A stretch of 41,740 nucleotides of DNA from Octopus bimaculoides (taxonomy: Eukaryota): contig NC_068989.1 in assembly GCF_001194135.2 (NCBI RefSeq), forward strand, positions 90,929,027 to 90,970,766. Direction: 5' to 3'. Shown piece after piece: positions 1-11,879 of the stretch. Position numbers and translations under genes: made by a program. The first letter of the stretch is position 1. Each line of letters starts with the position of its first letter. The notes under the pieces were generated by a model. That model was given only the letters and a program-made list of their open reading frames with translations. It was not told the DNA's origin and did not search any database.

Positions 1-63
<63 letters not shown>

Positions 64-89
64 CGTGCACGTGCACGTGTGGTGGTTCA

Positions 90-305
90 TTTTATCTCTT
101 ATCGCTTACTTGCTTCAGTCACCAGGCTACGGCCATACTGGGGCACCGCCTTGAAAGATTTTAGTCGAACAGATCGACGCCATTACTTATTTTAAAGCCT
201 GGAACTTTCTCTAGCGCTCTCTTAGGCCGAACCGCTATAGAATGTGGACGTAAACAAACCAACACCTGTCAAGCAGCATTGGGTAACAAACACAAATACA
301 AAGAT

Positions 306-344
<39 letters not shown>

Positions 345-553
345 TACATACATGCATACATACATACATATATACACATATCAATATACCACGTGCTTCC
401 GCACAGTTTCCTTCCTCAAAGTTTATTCCGAAGGAATTGGTTTGCCCGGGGCTATAATACAAGACGCTTGCTCCAGTAGCACGCGGTGAGATTGAACCAG
501 AAACCTCAAGGAAGCAAAATAAGCCTCGTAACCACACATCTATGCTTGCACCT
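90..553 (-). mobile_element. tRNA-derived SINE, family A (diverged, near full length, internal CA microsatellite linker)
   Basis: Reverse complement matches the family-A layout seen at 9208-9783: head, central domain, microsatellite linker, then a 3' part ending in a CTGAAGCAAGTAAG-like tail. Confidence 0.7.
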
Positions 554-626
554 GTACCTATGGACGATTGGGTGACTTACGTGTATGTACGTGTGATGGT
601 CTATGTGTGAGCTGGAATGTATATCG

Positions 627-667
<41 letters not shown>

Positions 668-1663
668 CGTGTGCGTATTTTGTATATATGTGGCTCTGGT
701 GTAGTTATGATAGCGTGCTTGTTTGCACATGCATACATACATATATTGCATCAAATGGCGCATATGAATCCAGGCAAATCAACGTATATAAACGCCATCA
801 ACTGGTTAGACAGAATCATACAGAGCCCACAGTAAAATAATCCGTAATATGGATTGAGTAATNNNNNNNNNNNNNNNNNNNNNNNNNNNNNNNNNNNNNN
901 NNNNNNNNNNNNNNNNNNNNNNNNNNNNNNNNNNNNNNNNNNNNNNNNNNNNNNNNNNNNNNNNNNNNNNNNNNNNNNNNNNNNNNNNNNNNNNNNNNNN
1001 NNNNNNNNNNNNNNNNNNNNNNNNNNNNNNNNNNNNNNNNNNNNNNNNNNNNNNNNNNNNNNNNNNNNNNNNNNNNNNNNNNNNNNNNNNNNNNNNNNNN
1101 NNNNNNNNNNNNNNNNNNNNNNNNNNNNNNNNNNNNNNNNNNNNNNNNNNNNNNNNNNNNNNNNNNNNNNNNNNNNNNNNNNNNNNNNNNNNNNNNNNNN
1201 NNNNNNNNNNNNNNNNNNNNNNNNNNNNNNNNNNNNNNNNNNNNNNNNNNNNNNNNNNNNNNNNNNNNNNNNNNNNNNNNNNNNNNNNNNNNNNNNNNNN
1301 NNNNNNNNNNNNNNNNNNNNNNNNNNNNNNNNNNNNNNNNNNNNNNNNNNNNNNNNNNNNNNNNNNNNNNNNNNNNNNNNNNNNNNNNNNNNNNNNNNNN
1401 NNNNNNNNNNNNNNNNNNNNNNNNNNNNNNNNNNNNNNNNNNNNNNNNNNNNNNNNNNNNNNNNNNNNNNNNNNNNNNNNNNNNNNNNNNNNNNNNNNNN
1501 NNNNNNNNNNNNNNNNNNNNNNNNNNNNNNNNNNNNNNNNNNNNNNNNNNNNNNNNNNNNNNNNNNNNNNNNNNNNNNNNNNNNNNNNNNNNNNNNNNNN
1601 NNNNNNNNNNNNNNNNNNNNNNNNNNNNNNNNNNNNNNNNNNNNNNNNNNNNNNNNNNNNNNA

Positions 1664-1711
1664 GTGAAAAAGTTGGATAAGTGGGTTCCTCATGAACTCA
1701 AGGAAACATAA
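1664..1711 (+). pseudogene. mariner transposase fragment (WVPHEL motif), cut off by an assembly gap
   Basis: Translates VKKLDKWVPHELKET*. WVPHEL is the conserved mariner linker motif. Upstream sequence is N (863-1662). Confidence 0.75.
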
Positions 1712-1741
1712 CATCCACACACCCACAGACACCCACACACA

Positions 1742-1793
<52 letters not shown>

Positions 1794-1827
1794 TCAATGC
1801 CGGAATATGTTTGCTTCCGTTCCTGTT

Positions 1828-1860
<33 letters not shown>

Positions 1861-2338
1861 TCGTGTTTGTGCCTATATTTGTATCTCTGCATATTCTTAT
1901 CTATTTTTTGTGTTTGCATGGTTATGTGTATGAGAGTAATGCCTGTGTATACTTGTAAGAGCTCATACATATTTGTGTGAGTGGATGTTTGCTTGCGTGT
2001 CTGCGTCTATCTGAGTCTGTTACTATGCGTAATGGCTATATGTGTTTCTATGTATTTGTGCATTTGTTTATATGTGTGTGTGTATGTGTGAGTGTGTGTA
2101 TTTATGTTTATTTGTGCACGTGTTTCTGTATGTTTCAATGTCTTTAGTGGAGAGATAGGAATAGACTTGTAAAATATATCATCGATCGATTGTCGGTCAT
2201 AGAGAGTCCAGCAATCGGTGTGTGTGTGTGGTAGGCTGCATTCTGAAAACAACCGAGTTCTGGTTTCTGTAACCCAATGAAGATTATTATAAAAGATACT
2301 TGAATCAACCAGACAAGCATCTGCAATACAACAAGTTA

Positions 2339-2647
2339 CAATAATCCCTCGCCATATCGCGGTTCACCTATCGCGGTTCACCTATCGCGGTTCACCTATC
2401 GCGGTTCACCTATCGCGGTTCACCTATCGCGGTTCACCTATCACGATTCACCTATCGCTGTTTATCACTTAAGCTTACGTCGATTCCTCCGTGGAGTTGT
2501 TTTGCATTTATTTTAAGATAAATAAATACAAATTATATTTAAAATATATATATATATATACAGTACAGCAGAGTTTGTACTTCGCGGATTTTCACCCATC
2601 GCGGAGTGTTTTGGAACGTAACACCCGCAACAGTCGAGAGGTTACTG
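2339..2647. mobile_element. Tigger/pogo-like non-autonomous DNA transposon (MITE)
   Basis: Imperfect TIRs: left CAATAATCCCTCGCC, right end reverse-complements to CAGTAACCTCTCGAC. TA on both flanks (2337-2338, 2648-2649). Subterminal ATCGCGG motifs at both ends. Confidence 0.7.
2355..2458 (+). repeat. 14-bp minisatellite (TATCGCGGTTCACC), about 7 units
   Basis: Six perfect units from 2355, one variant (TATCACGATTCACC), then a partial unit. No spacers. Confidence 0.95.
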
Positions 2648-3332
2648 TACACTCGTTTCTATGGAACATCGTATTTGAGCCAACGACGAACCAACGAGAT
2701 GGCGCAACGCATTGCAGAAATGCTGGTATGTCGCCTTTAAAACACAACCGAGTGCCTTCAATGAATTCTATTATAGAATTTGTGCTGCGTCGTTTCATCA
2801 AAGTTAGTAATACCTACAGGTCCCTAATATACAAAGAAAGACGACTTTCGTTATATGTACGTAAAATGGCTGACGAAAGCTCTGGTGGTCTATAATATGT
2901 TTATGATACTCATATCTGCAGGCGCGTGCTTGGCTGTGGGGTAAGGAATTTGCTTCCCAACCATATGATTTCGTGAGAACTTAGCCTTTCTCGATATTTT
3001 ACCAGTAATACATCCCGTCTTTATGACTTTACTCCGGGACCGCTACTAGCAACACTTATTCCTTCTTTCTTTCGCTCCTTCCTCTCTCACCAGTACTCTG
3101 TACATCTTCTCCCCAACTGACCCCTATCCCCGATCGACTTCTTGCTGGCGTCTCCTCTCTATTTTCTTTCAGTCTCTGCTTTCTGTTTCTTTGTCAGCTG
3201 ACCTTTATTTGCGCACCCACCCCACTTCTGTTCTCTTCTCCGTTTCGTCTGCTTCTACCGCCATACATCTCCCAGTATTATCTGCTCATTGATAGACCTT
3301 CCTTTCATCTTGCTCATTTCTTTAAGACCTAT

Positions 3333-3419
<87 letters not shown>

Positions 3420-3476
3420 TCTAATCCTGATGTTGTCAATTGGTGCGTTCTATGCTTTAATTCCCCTTTATTTACT

Positions 3477-3760
3477 ATTGTTCTATGGGACGAGGACCAA
3501 AAGTCATGCATTGTTGTAGAGGTCAGCTGCCTAGCGAATGTGAATGTATCATCAAAAGTCCAGGAAAAAGGGATCATTTATGGTGAATTGCGGCGGATTT
3601 TTACAGCTCCTGTAAACTGAATATAAGTTCTCATTTTTACCTATCATCATTAAGCTATGTGCCTACAAATTTATACAAAAACCTAGAAATAGGGTTTTCG
3701 AAGAAAAGGGAAAAGAAATTGATACTGATTCTCCAAATCCAATCTATTAGTGGCACAGTG
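3477..3760 (+). pseudogene. Decayed restriction-like endonuclease (REL) C-terminus of an R4/Dong-like non-LTR retrotransposon
   Basis: Across frameshifts reads IVLWDEDQKSCIVVEVSCLANVNVSSKVQEKGIIYGELRR..EYKFSFLPIII..YVPTNLYKNLEIGFSKKREKKLILILQIQSISGTV. This is similar to 22379-22501 (LQIQSITGTV) and to the REL domain at 19294-19710. Confidence 0.7.
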
Positions 3761-4410
3761 GCATATGGTAACCTCTTCTATAAAAAGAAGCCGAAATATG
3801 TAACCCGTTTCCTCATGCTTATTGGATACATTCCGAGAGCAAGAAAATGCAATGTTTTGGTGAAATACCTCTTCCATACTCGTTCATGTGCCTGGAGTTG
3901 AACGATATTCAATGTTACTCTTTGACTTGCAACGCTAGCAAAAGATGAACTGCTGCTGTTGCTACTGTAGTGCTGCTGTTTTGCTGCTGATGGCTTCGGG
4001 TGCCGGTAGCCCTGTTAATGTCGTATACGCCTGCACTTTGCCTCGTCTAGTTGTGACTGTCACTGTTTATAATTGCTTTTGTTTGTGTAATTTAAGGTTT
4101 TCTTCTGTTAATATATATATATATATATANNNNNNNNNNNNNNNNNNNNNNNNNNNNNNNNNNNNNNNNNNNNNNNNNNNNNNNNNNNNNNNNNNNNNNN
4201 NNNNNNNNNNNNNNNNNNNNNNNNNNNNNNNNNNNNNNNNNNNNNNNNNNNNNNNNNNNNNNNNNNNNNNNNNNNNNNNNNNNNNNNNNNNNNNNNNNNN
4301 NNNNNNNNNNNNNNNNNNNNNNNNNNNNNNNNNNNNNNNNNNNNNNNNNNNNNNNNNNNNNNNNNNNNNNNNNNNNNNNNNNNNNNNNNNNNNNNNNNNN
4401 NNNNNNNNNN

Positions 4411-4575
4411 GTTCTGAGTTCAAATTCCACCGAGGACGACTTTGCCTTTCATCCTTTCGGGGTCGATTAAATAAGTACCAATTACGCACTGAGGTCGATG
4501 TAATCGACTTAATCCCTATATCTGTTCTTGTTTGTCCCCTCTGTGTTTAGCCCCCTGTAGGCAATAGCGAAATCA
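4411..4575 (+). mobile_element. SINE family B, 5' part in a gap, with an alternative 3' tail
   Basis: GTTCTGAGTTCAAATTCC B-box plus core GACTTTGCCTTTCATCCTTTCGGGGTCGAT..AAGTACCA. The tail differs from the 15514 and 40700 copies. Confidence 0.85.
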
Positions 4576-4613
<38 letters not shown>

Positions 4614-5017
4614 TCAACTAGTTTTTATGTTTTTAGAGGTAGTAGTAGTAGTAATAGTAGAAGAAGAAGAAGAAGAAATTGTAAAGAAGGAAGTCAGAAG
4701 ACTGGTTGAAAGAAAGAGAAAAAGAAGAAGAGTAAAATCATGAGAAAGAAGAGAAAGAATAGCAAGAAGTGAAAATGGAAGGAAAAAAGAAAAGAAGTGG
4801 GTGAGGGTGGAAGAGAATAAAGGAGGGGTAGGAGGAGTAGGAGGAGTAGGAGGAAGCAGAAGAGTAGAACTAATGTTTGATTAGCAAAAACATGAATAAA
4901 AAGATTTGTCAGATATGGTTACCGTCTGCAAATTTATGACTTCCCTCTGAAAATGTCGCTGTTTACCGATACGACATCACACCATAACGTCACCACCATT
5001 TAAAAATAATTATTGTT

Positions 5018-5180
5018 GTTGTTTAGCCCTCGGCCAGGCTCAATCGAGTAGACTTACACTTAAAGGCATTCCAGCTAAGACCATCTCGCCTTTTCAAGAT
5101 TAACTACCTTATCACCTGTTTTTCTTAAAGACGGTATCATTTTATTGAAGAGAGATTTTGGCTGCTATTTCTAGATCCAT
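5018..5180. repeat. Unclassified dispersed repeat (diverged relatives at about 6033-6100 and 15066-15140)
   Basis: Shared loose motif TTTAACCC-AGG...GAGTAGACTTATGATCAAAGG.ATTCCAG..A.GACC in three places. Confidence 0.4.
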
Positions 5181-5194
5181 CGACCAGGTTAATT

Positions 5195-5838
5195 CAGGGG
5201 TCCCCAACCATTTTTTATCCAGGGATCGCTTTGATTCTTGTTTTATTCCACTGGACCCCGGCAGCCATTTGATGTTTAAAAAAATCCGATATAATTAATT
5301 CGAAATTATTCTTTTATTCTCTTACTTGTTTCAGTCATTTGACTGCGGCCATGCTGGAGCACCGCCTTTAGTCGAACAAATTGAACACAGTGTTTATTTG
5401 GCAAAAAAAAAAGAAAAAAAATGACCATCTCGAAATACAACAATATTTGTAAGCCTAGTAAATATTCTATCGGCTTCTTTTGCTGAACCGCTAAGTTACG
5501 GGGAGGTAAACACACCAGCATCGGTTGCCAAGCGATGGTGGGTGTGTGTGTATCAAACAGACACACAAATACTTCTTTTCAGTTTCCGTCTACCAAATCC
5601 ACTGACAAGGCTTTAGTGGGTCCGAGACTATAGTAGAAAACACTTGCCCAAGGTGCCACGCAGTGGGACTGAACCTGCAACCACGTGGCTGAGAAGCAAG
5701 CTTCTTACGACACCTATATAAATTGTTGAAATATTTCGTCTATTATAGAATTAAGACCAGTTTATTGCAGATAAACTTTAAGAACAAAATCATATAGGGA
5801 ACCCGCAAAGTCCTTATGGACCCTGTTGAGAACTGCCG
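5195..5838 (+). mobile_element. hAT-like MITE, copy 1, containing a nested SINE-A
   Basis: Ends CAGGGGTCCCCAACC and GTTGAGAACTGCCG resemble hAT/Charlie TIRs. Degenerate 8-bp flanks GGTTAATT / GTTTTACT. Both arms align to 10933-11625 in inverted orientation. Confidence 0.7.
5311..5714 (-). mobile_element. SINE family A nested in hAT-like MITE copy 1
   Basis: Family-A 3' tail, central domain and most of the tRNA head on the minus strand. Confidence 0.9.
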
Positions 5839-6124
5839 GTTTTACTGCTAACGTATTTAATATTTCCCTTAGTGCTACAAATGGATTCGAAATAACCGCA
5901 GGAACGAAACTAGGGAAGACATAATCTGGTGTTTAAGTTTAAGATAACTGCAGCAGTCCATAAATAAATAAAAATACATTACAAAAGATAAAATAAACAA
6001 CTACGTCTTTTCTAACAATGATGTTTACACAGGTGTTATTTAACCCAAGGTCAAGACTTACTGAGTGGACCAACGATCAAAAGTATACAAGCCGTATCGT
6101 CGATTCAATACATTTTTCTTTTGT

Positions 6125-6222
6125 ATCGAGGCGTGGTTATGTGGTTAAGGAGATCGTTTTGTCACAAGCTGGTTTCGGGTTCAGTTCCGATGCGCAACAC
6201 TTTGGGTAAGTGTCTTCTGCTG
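6125..6222 (+). mobile_element. SINE family A head fragment
   Basis: GGCGTGGTTATGTGGTTAAG...GGGTTCAGTTCC...TTGGGTAAGTGTCTTCT matches the family-A head. Confidence 0.65.
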
Positions 6223-7739
6223 TAACCCATATATAATATACACATATTATAATGGGGATGCCGGCTTATGGGGTTACCCTGGGTTTCTCATCCATAAGGG
6301 GTTTGGCCTTACGGCGTATCGTCAGACCCCAAACCTGTTGGCCGAAGACCTCTTCAAGATATTTTGAAGATGTCTTAGGCCATGAGTAAAATACCGCGAT
6401 CGANNNNNNNNNNNNNNNNNNNNNNNNNNNNNNNNNNNNNNNNNNNNNNNNNNNNNNNNNNNNNNNNNNNNNNNNNNNNNNNNNNNNNNNNNNNNNNNNN
6501 NNNNNNNNNNNNNNNNNNNNNNNNNNNNNNNNNNNNNNNNNNNNNNNNNNNNNNNNNNNNNNNNNNNNNNNNNNNNNNNNNNNNNNNNNNNNNNNNNNNN
6601 NNNNNNNNNNNNNNNNNNNNNNNNNNNNNNNNNNNNNNNNNNNNNNNNNNNNNNNNNNNNNNNNNNNNNNNNNNNNNNNNNNNNNNNNNNNNNNNNNNNN
6701 NNNNNNNNNNNNNNNNNNNNNNNNNNNNNNNNNNNNNNNNNNNNNNNNNNNNNNNNNNNNNNNNNNNNNNNNNNNNNNNNNNNNNNNNNNNNNNNNNNNN
6801 NNNNNNNNNNNNNNNNNNNNNNNNNNNNNNNNNNNNNNNNNNNNNNNNNNNNNNNNNNNNNNNNNNNNNNNNNNNNNNNNNNNNNNNNNNNNNNNNNNNN
6901 NNNNNNNNNNNNNNNNNNNNNNNNNNNNNNNNNNNNNNNNNNNNNNNNNNNNNNNNNNNNNNNNNNNNNNNNNNNNNNNNNNNNNNNNNNNNNNNNNNNN
7001 NNNNNNNNNNNNNNNNNNNNNNNNNNNNNNNNNNNNNNNNNNNNNNNNNNNNNNNNNNNNNNNNNNNNNNNNNNNNNNNNNNNNNNNNNNNNNNNNNNNN
7101 NNNNNNCCAACCCGGCGTTATAATAGAAGATGCTTAAGGTGCCGCGCTGACGATCTGGATACGAAACAACGTAGATTCGGAGCGAACTTCGTAAGCAAGC
7201 TGTCATATATTATTTACAATGAATCATTCATAATTCCACAACGCAATGAACGGACAACAGAAGTCATGTCTGTACAGACTGAGAAATTCCCAATATTTTC
7301 TTGTCCAACTTCGCATAGTTCTGCACTGACCGAATAAAATGTCACCCGTTTAAAAGAAGCTTTATAGATGTTGCTGCGTCTCTATAGGATTTCTTTTGTT
7401 TCTGAGATTGTTTATTTGTTTTTCTCCGTCCTCCTGCAATTGTTTCTGATAACGAATCTTTTGTGGTTGCTGGTACGTAAATGGGATTGTATTTTCGACG
7501 GGGGAAGCATCGATCTGGATACTAAATAATGTACGAAAAATACCTAGACTAGATGTATGTGTATATATGTGTTTGCATCTTTGTGTTAATGCACACACAC
7601 ACACAAATATACATAGACACATGTTTATTTATATATAGTATGTGTATATATATGTATGTATGTGTGTGCGCGTACATATATGTATATATATACGCATATG
7701 CTCACATATCATTTGTATTATTATTATTATTATTATTGT

Positions 7740-7793
<54 letters not shown>

Positions 7794-7925
7794 GCTCACA
7801 CACACACACACACACACACACACTCTTACGCCCTTCCCAGACATTCTTTTACGTGTTTCAATCATTACACTGCAAGTACGTTGGGGGCACCGCCTACATA
7901 CGTGCATTACATACATACACACAAT

Positions 7926-8818
7926 CGAGGTCTGATCAATAAGTGTCCGGACTGTTGCCATAGTAACGAAGCTAACGCACGCAAAGTAAAGCCGCTTGGC
8001 GTAGATTGACCTTGAACCCTGCTGTGCATGCGCACTAAGTTTTAACATTTTAGCTCACTTCCGCTTTTTACAGCAGTGCTTGGACGGAAGGTGTGTAGCG
8101 TGTGATCGAGCATTGACCATGACAGAGAAAGTTCTCATGGGGATACCTGCTCAGAGACCTACGCAAGGTTGCAGAAAGTGTATGAAGAGGAGTGTATGAG
8201 CCGCATACAAGAGTACGAGTGGTTCAGACGTTTTCAAGATGGCCGAAAAAATATCGATGTTGACGAACGTTCAGGGAGACGCGCAACCAGCAGAACTGAG
8301 AAAAACATCGCAGATGTGCGTGCAACTGTGAGGGAAAATCGTCGAATCACCATCCGTGAGTTATCAGAGGATGTGCAGATTAGTTACGGTTCAATTTAGT
8401 TCGTTATCACTGAAGATTTTGATATGAGACGCGTGTCTGCCAGGTTTGTGCCAAAACTGCTTTCAAGTGACCATAAAGACATACAGGTTTCAGTTGCACA
8501 AGATTTTCTTGATTGTGTTGAGAACGATAAAAATTTCTGAAAATTTTGGATAGGCTTCTGAGCAGGCATCGCCAAGCTTTTGGCAAAAATTTGATGCAGA
8601 TTCTCTGCTCAACTTTTTCTGTCATTGTCAATGCGATTATCACACGCTACACACCTTCCTTCCAAGCACTGCTCTAAACAGCGGAAGTGAACTAGAACGT
8701 TAAAGCTTAGTGCACATGCATAGCAAAGTTCAATATCAGTTTGTGCCAAGTGGGTTCACTCTCCATGTTTTAGCTTCGTTACTATAGCAGCAGTCCAGAT
8801 ACTTATTGACCAGACCAC

Positions 8819-8819
<1 letters not shown>
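7926..8819. mobile_element. mariner fold-back element built from two inverted 5' ends
   Basis: Left CGAGGTCTGATCAATAAGTGTCCGGACTG; right end reverse-complements to CGTGGTCTGGTCAATAAGTATCTGGACTG and is followed by TA. The arms align for about 250 bp, including the transposase start MTEKV on both strands. Confidence 0.9.
8119..8540 (+). pseudogene. mariner transposase N-terminal (DNA-binding) remnant
   Basis: MTEKV..GDTCSETYARLQKVYEEECMSRIQEYEWFRRFQDGRKNIDVDERSGR..RRITIRELSEDVQISYGSI*..MRRVSARFVPKLL..ENDKNF. Contains stops and a deletion; no DDD catalytic domain. Confidence 0.9.
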
Positions 8820-8863
<44 letters not shown>

Positions 8864-8883
8864 TACATACATANNNNNNNNNN

Positions 8884-8926
<43 letters not shown>

Positions 8927-8944
8927 TACATACATACACCCACA

Positions 8945-8992
<48 letters not shown>

Positions 8993-9029
8993 TTGTGTAT
9001 GTGTGTGCAATGTGTATGTGAGTGAATGT

Positions 9030-9155
9030 GTCTTTGTATCTGTGTATGTCCACCACCGCTTGACAACCGTTTCTGGGTGTTGGCTCCCGAAACCTTGCGG
9101 TTCGACAGAAGGACTCGATAGAATAAGTACCTGGCTTAAAAAACAAAAAGAGTAC
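9030..9155 (+). mobile_element. SINE family A 3' segment
   Basis: CGCTTGACAACC...GCGGTTCG...CGATAGAATAAGTAC matches the family-A 3' half. Confidence 0.7.
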
Positions 9156-9161
9156 AGAGAG

Positions 9162-9197
<36 letters not shown>

Positions 9198-9207
9198 TGT
9201 ATGTAGT

Positions 9208-9502
9208 AATGGCTGTGTGGTAAGTAGCTTGCTTACCAACCACATGGTTCCGGGTTCATTCCCACTGCGTGGCACCTTGGGCTAGTATCTTCTAATATAG
9301 TATCGGGCCGACCAAAGCCTTGTGAGTGGATTTGGTAGACGGAAACTGAAAGAAGCCCGTCATATATATGTATATATATGTATGTATGTATGTNNNNNNN
9401 NNNNNNNNNNNNNNNNNNNNNNNNNNNNNNNNNNNNNNNNNNNNNNNNNNNNNNNNNNNNNNNNNNNNNNNNNNNNNNNNNNNNNNNNNNNNNNNNNNNN
9501 NN

Positions 9503-9534
<32 letters not shown>

Positions 9535-9783
9535 GTGCGTGCGTGTGCGTGCGTGTGTGTGTGTGTTTGTGAGTTATGTTCGTCCCCCATCATCGCTTGA
9601 CAACCGATGGCGGTGTGTTTACGTCCCCGTAATATAGCGGTTCGGCAAAAGAGATCGATAGAACAAGTACTAGGCTTCCAAAGAATAAATCCAGGGGTCG
9701 ATTTGCTAGACTAAAGGCGTTGCTCCAGCATGGCCGCAATCAAATGACTGAAACAAGTAAAAGAGTAAAAGAGTAAAAAAGAG
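9208..9783 (+). mobile_element. SINE family A, near full length (gap inside the microsatellite linker)
   Basis: tRNA-like head (GGCTGTGTGGTAAG...GGGTTCATTCCC), central GGTAGACGGAAACTGAAAGAAGCCCGTC domain, TA/TG linker, 3' part and (AAAGAGTA)n-like tail. Confidence 0.92.
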
Positions 9784-10251
9784 TATGTATGTATTAGATG
9801 TATATATATCACACATATACACATATATATATATATGCACGCACACACACATATATATATGCGACAGACTTCTTCGCAGTCAACCTTTTCTATCCAAGGG
9901 TTTTATTTCGAATACTTACATACTATTATCTATAGCTCTATCTACGTAGAGCTAAATACACCGTTAACAAACGACTTATCACTCGACGTTCTCTTTCGAA
10001 ATTCTTATTGTGAAAGTAATGCATACCACGTTTTATGAAACATATAAAAACATTTCTGAGATGCTTAAGCAATGATGTTGATTCTATGGAGTCTTAGATT
10101 ATTTTCCAAAATACAAGCAGCGCATAACTCATCTCCTGCAGTACACAGTACAAGAAATAATATAAAGTTCATAATAATAAAATGTGGTAGTCCTGATTAG
10201 GACGAATGCTACTGCTTTTTAGCCCCAGGAAACTATCGACGCACTAACTGT

Positions 10252-10401
10252 GTCCTTATATTTTCGAACAAGGGAGCTAGTGTCCCCGCTCAGCTCAAAA
10301 CAATATTTGTGTAACAATGGTTTCTGGGTTATTTCACTTCATCAGCACAGAATAATCGCTTGGCGAGAGATGGCGACACTAGTTCTTGTTCGAAATACAA
10401 G
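10252..10401. mobile_element. Short hairpin MITE-like element
   Basis: Left CCTTATATTTTCGAACAAGGGAGCTAGTGTC and right GACACTAGTTCTTGTTCGAAATACAAG are imperfect inverted repeats. Confidence 0.5.
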
Positions 10402-10790
10402 TCGTCGTCGACTTACGACCACAATTGGTTCCGACTGACTGGTCGTAAGTCGGGCTATAAGCCTACATAGCTTTGTTATATATTTTTATATCCTTCTGTT
10501 ACATTCTCAGGTAAAAAAAGTCATAGACAGTATTCTGTATTGTACTATTATATTGGCATTAGTCAAAAATTTCGGAGTCCCAAGCAGTCGTCTTCTAAAC
10601 AAATACGGGGTTGCCTCGATGCCTCCGCGGCATCCTAGGGGAAGCGTTTGTTAGCTGACATCATCCATAGATGGGTTAATTTCTAAGAAAATAAACTCGT
10701 TAGATTTCACCTGAACTGTTTATTATTGCTGCCAGAAGCTGACGCGCCAATCGTCGTAAAGTCGATCGATCGTAAGTCGTCGACGATCTC
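10398..10790. mobile_element. Tigger/pogo-like MITE remnant
   Basis: TA, then CAAGTCGTCGTCGACTTACGACCACAATTGG at the left; the right end carries inverted TCGTAAGTCG motifs (GATCGTAAGTCGTCGACGATC). Confidence 0.5.
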
Positions 10791-10932
10791 GAAACTAATT
10801 GATCTCATAAATAGAAAAAAAACAAAAAACAAACATATATTACAGAAATAATATAGTTCAAGGGAACTAACTCTTTGTAAAAAATTTCAAGTTATTTCCC
10901 TTAATAAAAATTACACAAGTATATATATATAG

Positions 10933-11206
10933 CGATGGTTCACGACCAAGGTTCATACGACATTTGGGGTCCATTTAAGATTTTGCTAAAATTTAAATAC
11001 AATAAATTGGTTATAGTTTTACAATAAACAAAATAGCTTAACAGGCGCAGGAGTGGCTGTGTGGTAACAAGCTTCCTTCCCAACGACTTGGTTCCCGGTT
11101 CAGTCCCACTGCGTAGCACCTTGGGCAAGTGTCTTCTACTATATCCTCGGACTGGCCAAAGCCTTGTGAGTGAATTTGGTAGACGGAAACCGAAAGAAGT
11201 CCGTCG

Positions 11207-11238
<32 letters not shown>

Positions 11239-11625
11239 TATATATTTATATATATATATGCATGTATGTACGTATGTATGTATATGTATGTATGTATGTA
11301 TGTATTTGTATGTATGCATTTGTTATTTGTGTCTGTGTTAGTCTCTGCCAGCATCGCTTGACAACCGATGTTGGCGTGTTTACGTCCCCGTGACTTAGCG
11401 GTGAGGCAAAAGAGTCCGACAGAGTAAGTTCTTGGCTTACAAAGTATAATCCCTGGGGTCGATCTGTTTGAAACACGTAAAAGAATTGATTTAAATGCTG
11501 CCCCTAATAATATTTCGATATATAAATATATCGGGAGTTTTTAGACATCAAATGATTATAAGGGACCAGCAGAATAAAATGGAATTCAAAGGGGTCCATC
11601 GGGGAAAAAGGGTTGGGAACCCCTC
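10933..11625 (-). mobile_element. hAT-like MITE, copy 2 (inverted relative to copy 1), containing a nested SINE-A
   Basis: Ends CGATGGTTCACGACCAAGGTTCAT and AAAAGGGTTGGGAACCCCTC. 11495-11625 aligns to the reverse complement of 5195-5310, and 10933-11041 to the reverse complement of 5720-5838. Confidence 0.7.
11042..11493 (+). mobile_element. SINE family A nested in hAT-like MITE copy 2 (3' tail lost)
   Basis: Head GGCGCAGGAGTGGCTGTGTGGTAA, central domain, TA/TATG linker and most of the 3' part. Confidence 0.9.
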
Positions 11626-11879
11626 TTATATGTTAACGAACGGATCAGCATTCCTTTCCCGCTCTTTACGTCCTGGGTTCGAACCCCGCCGAGGTTGTTT
11701 TTGTTGTTTAATCTTTCAGGGATCGAGAAAGTCTACGGTAGAAGCTATCGACTCACTCCTCCCCTCAAAACTATTAGCTTTGTTCCTAAATCCGAAACCT
11801 GATGCACAACACAAAATCTGTGCAATAAACACCCAGAAAACTACTGTCGTCAGAACACGATACACGATATTACACAATA

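Noticed and set aside
2355-2458. Regular short repeats resembling a CRISPR array
   Set aside because: Head-to-tail units with no unique spacers, no cas genes, and a eukaryotic context.
2491-2895. 134-aa ORF with a GTATGT donor-like site near 2726
   Set aside because: It begins inside a MITE and a TA tract, has no credible acceptor, and shows no recognisable domain.
4630-4870. Purine-rich tract that could encode E/K/R-rich protein
   Set aside because: Low-complexity AG/AAG/GGA repeat with no ORF or splice support.
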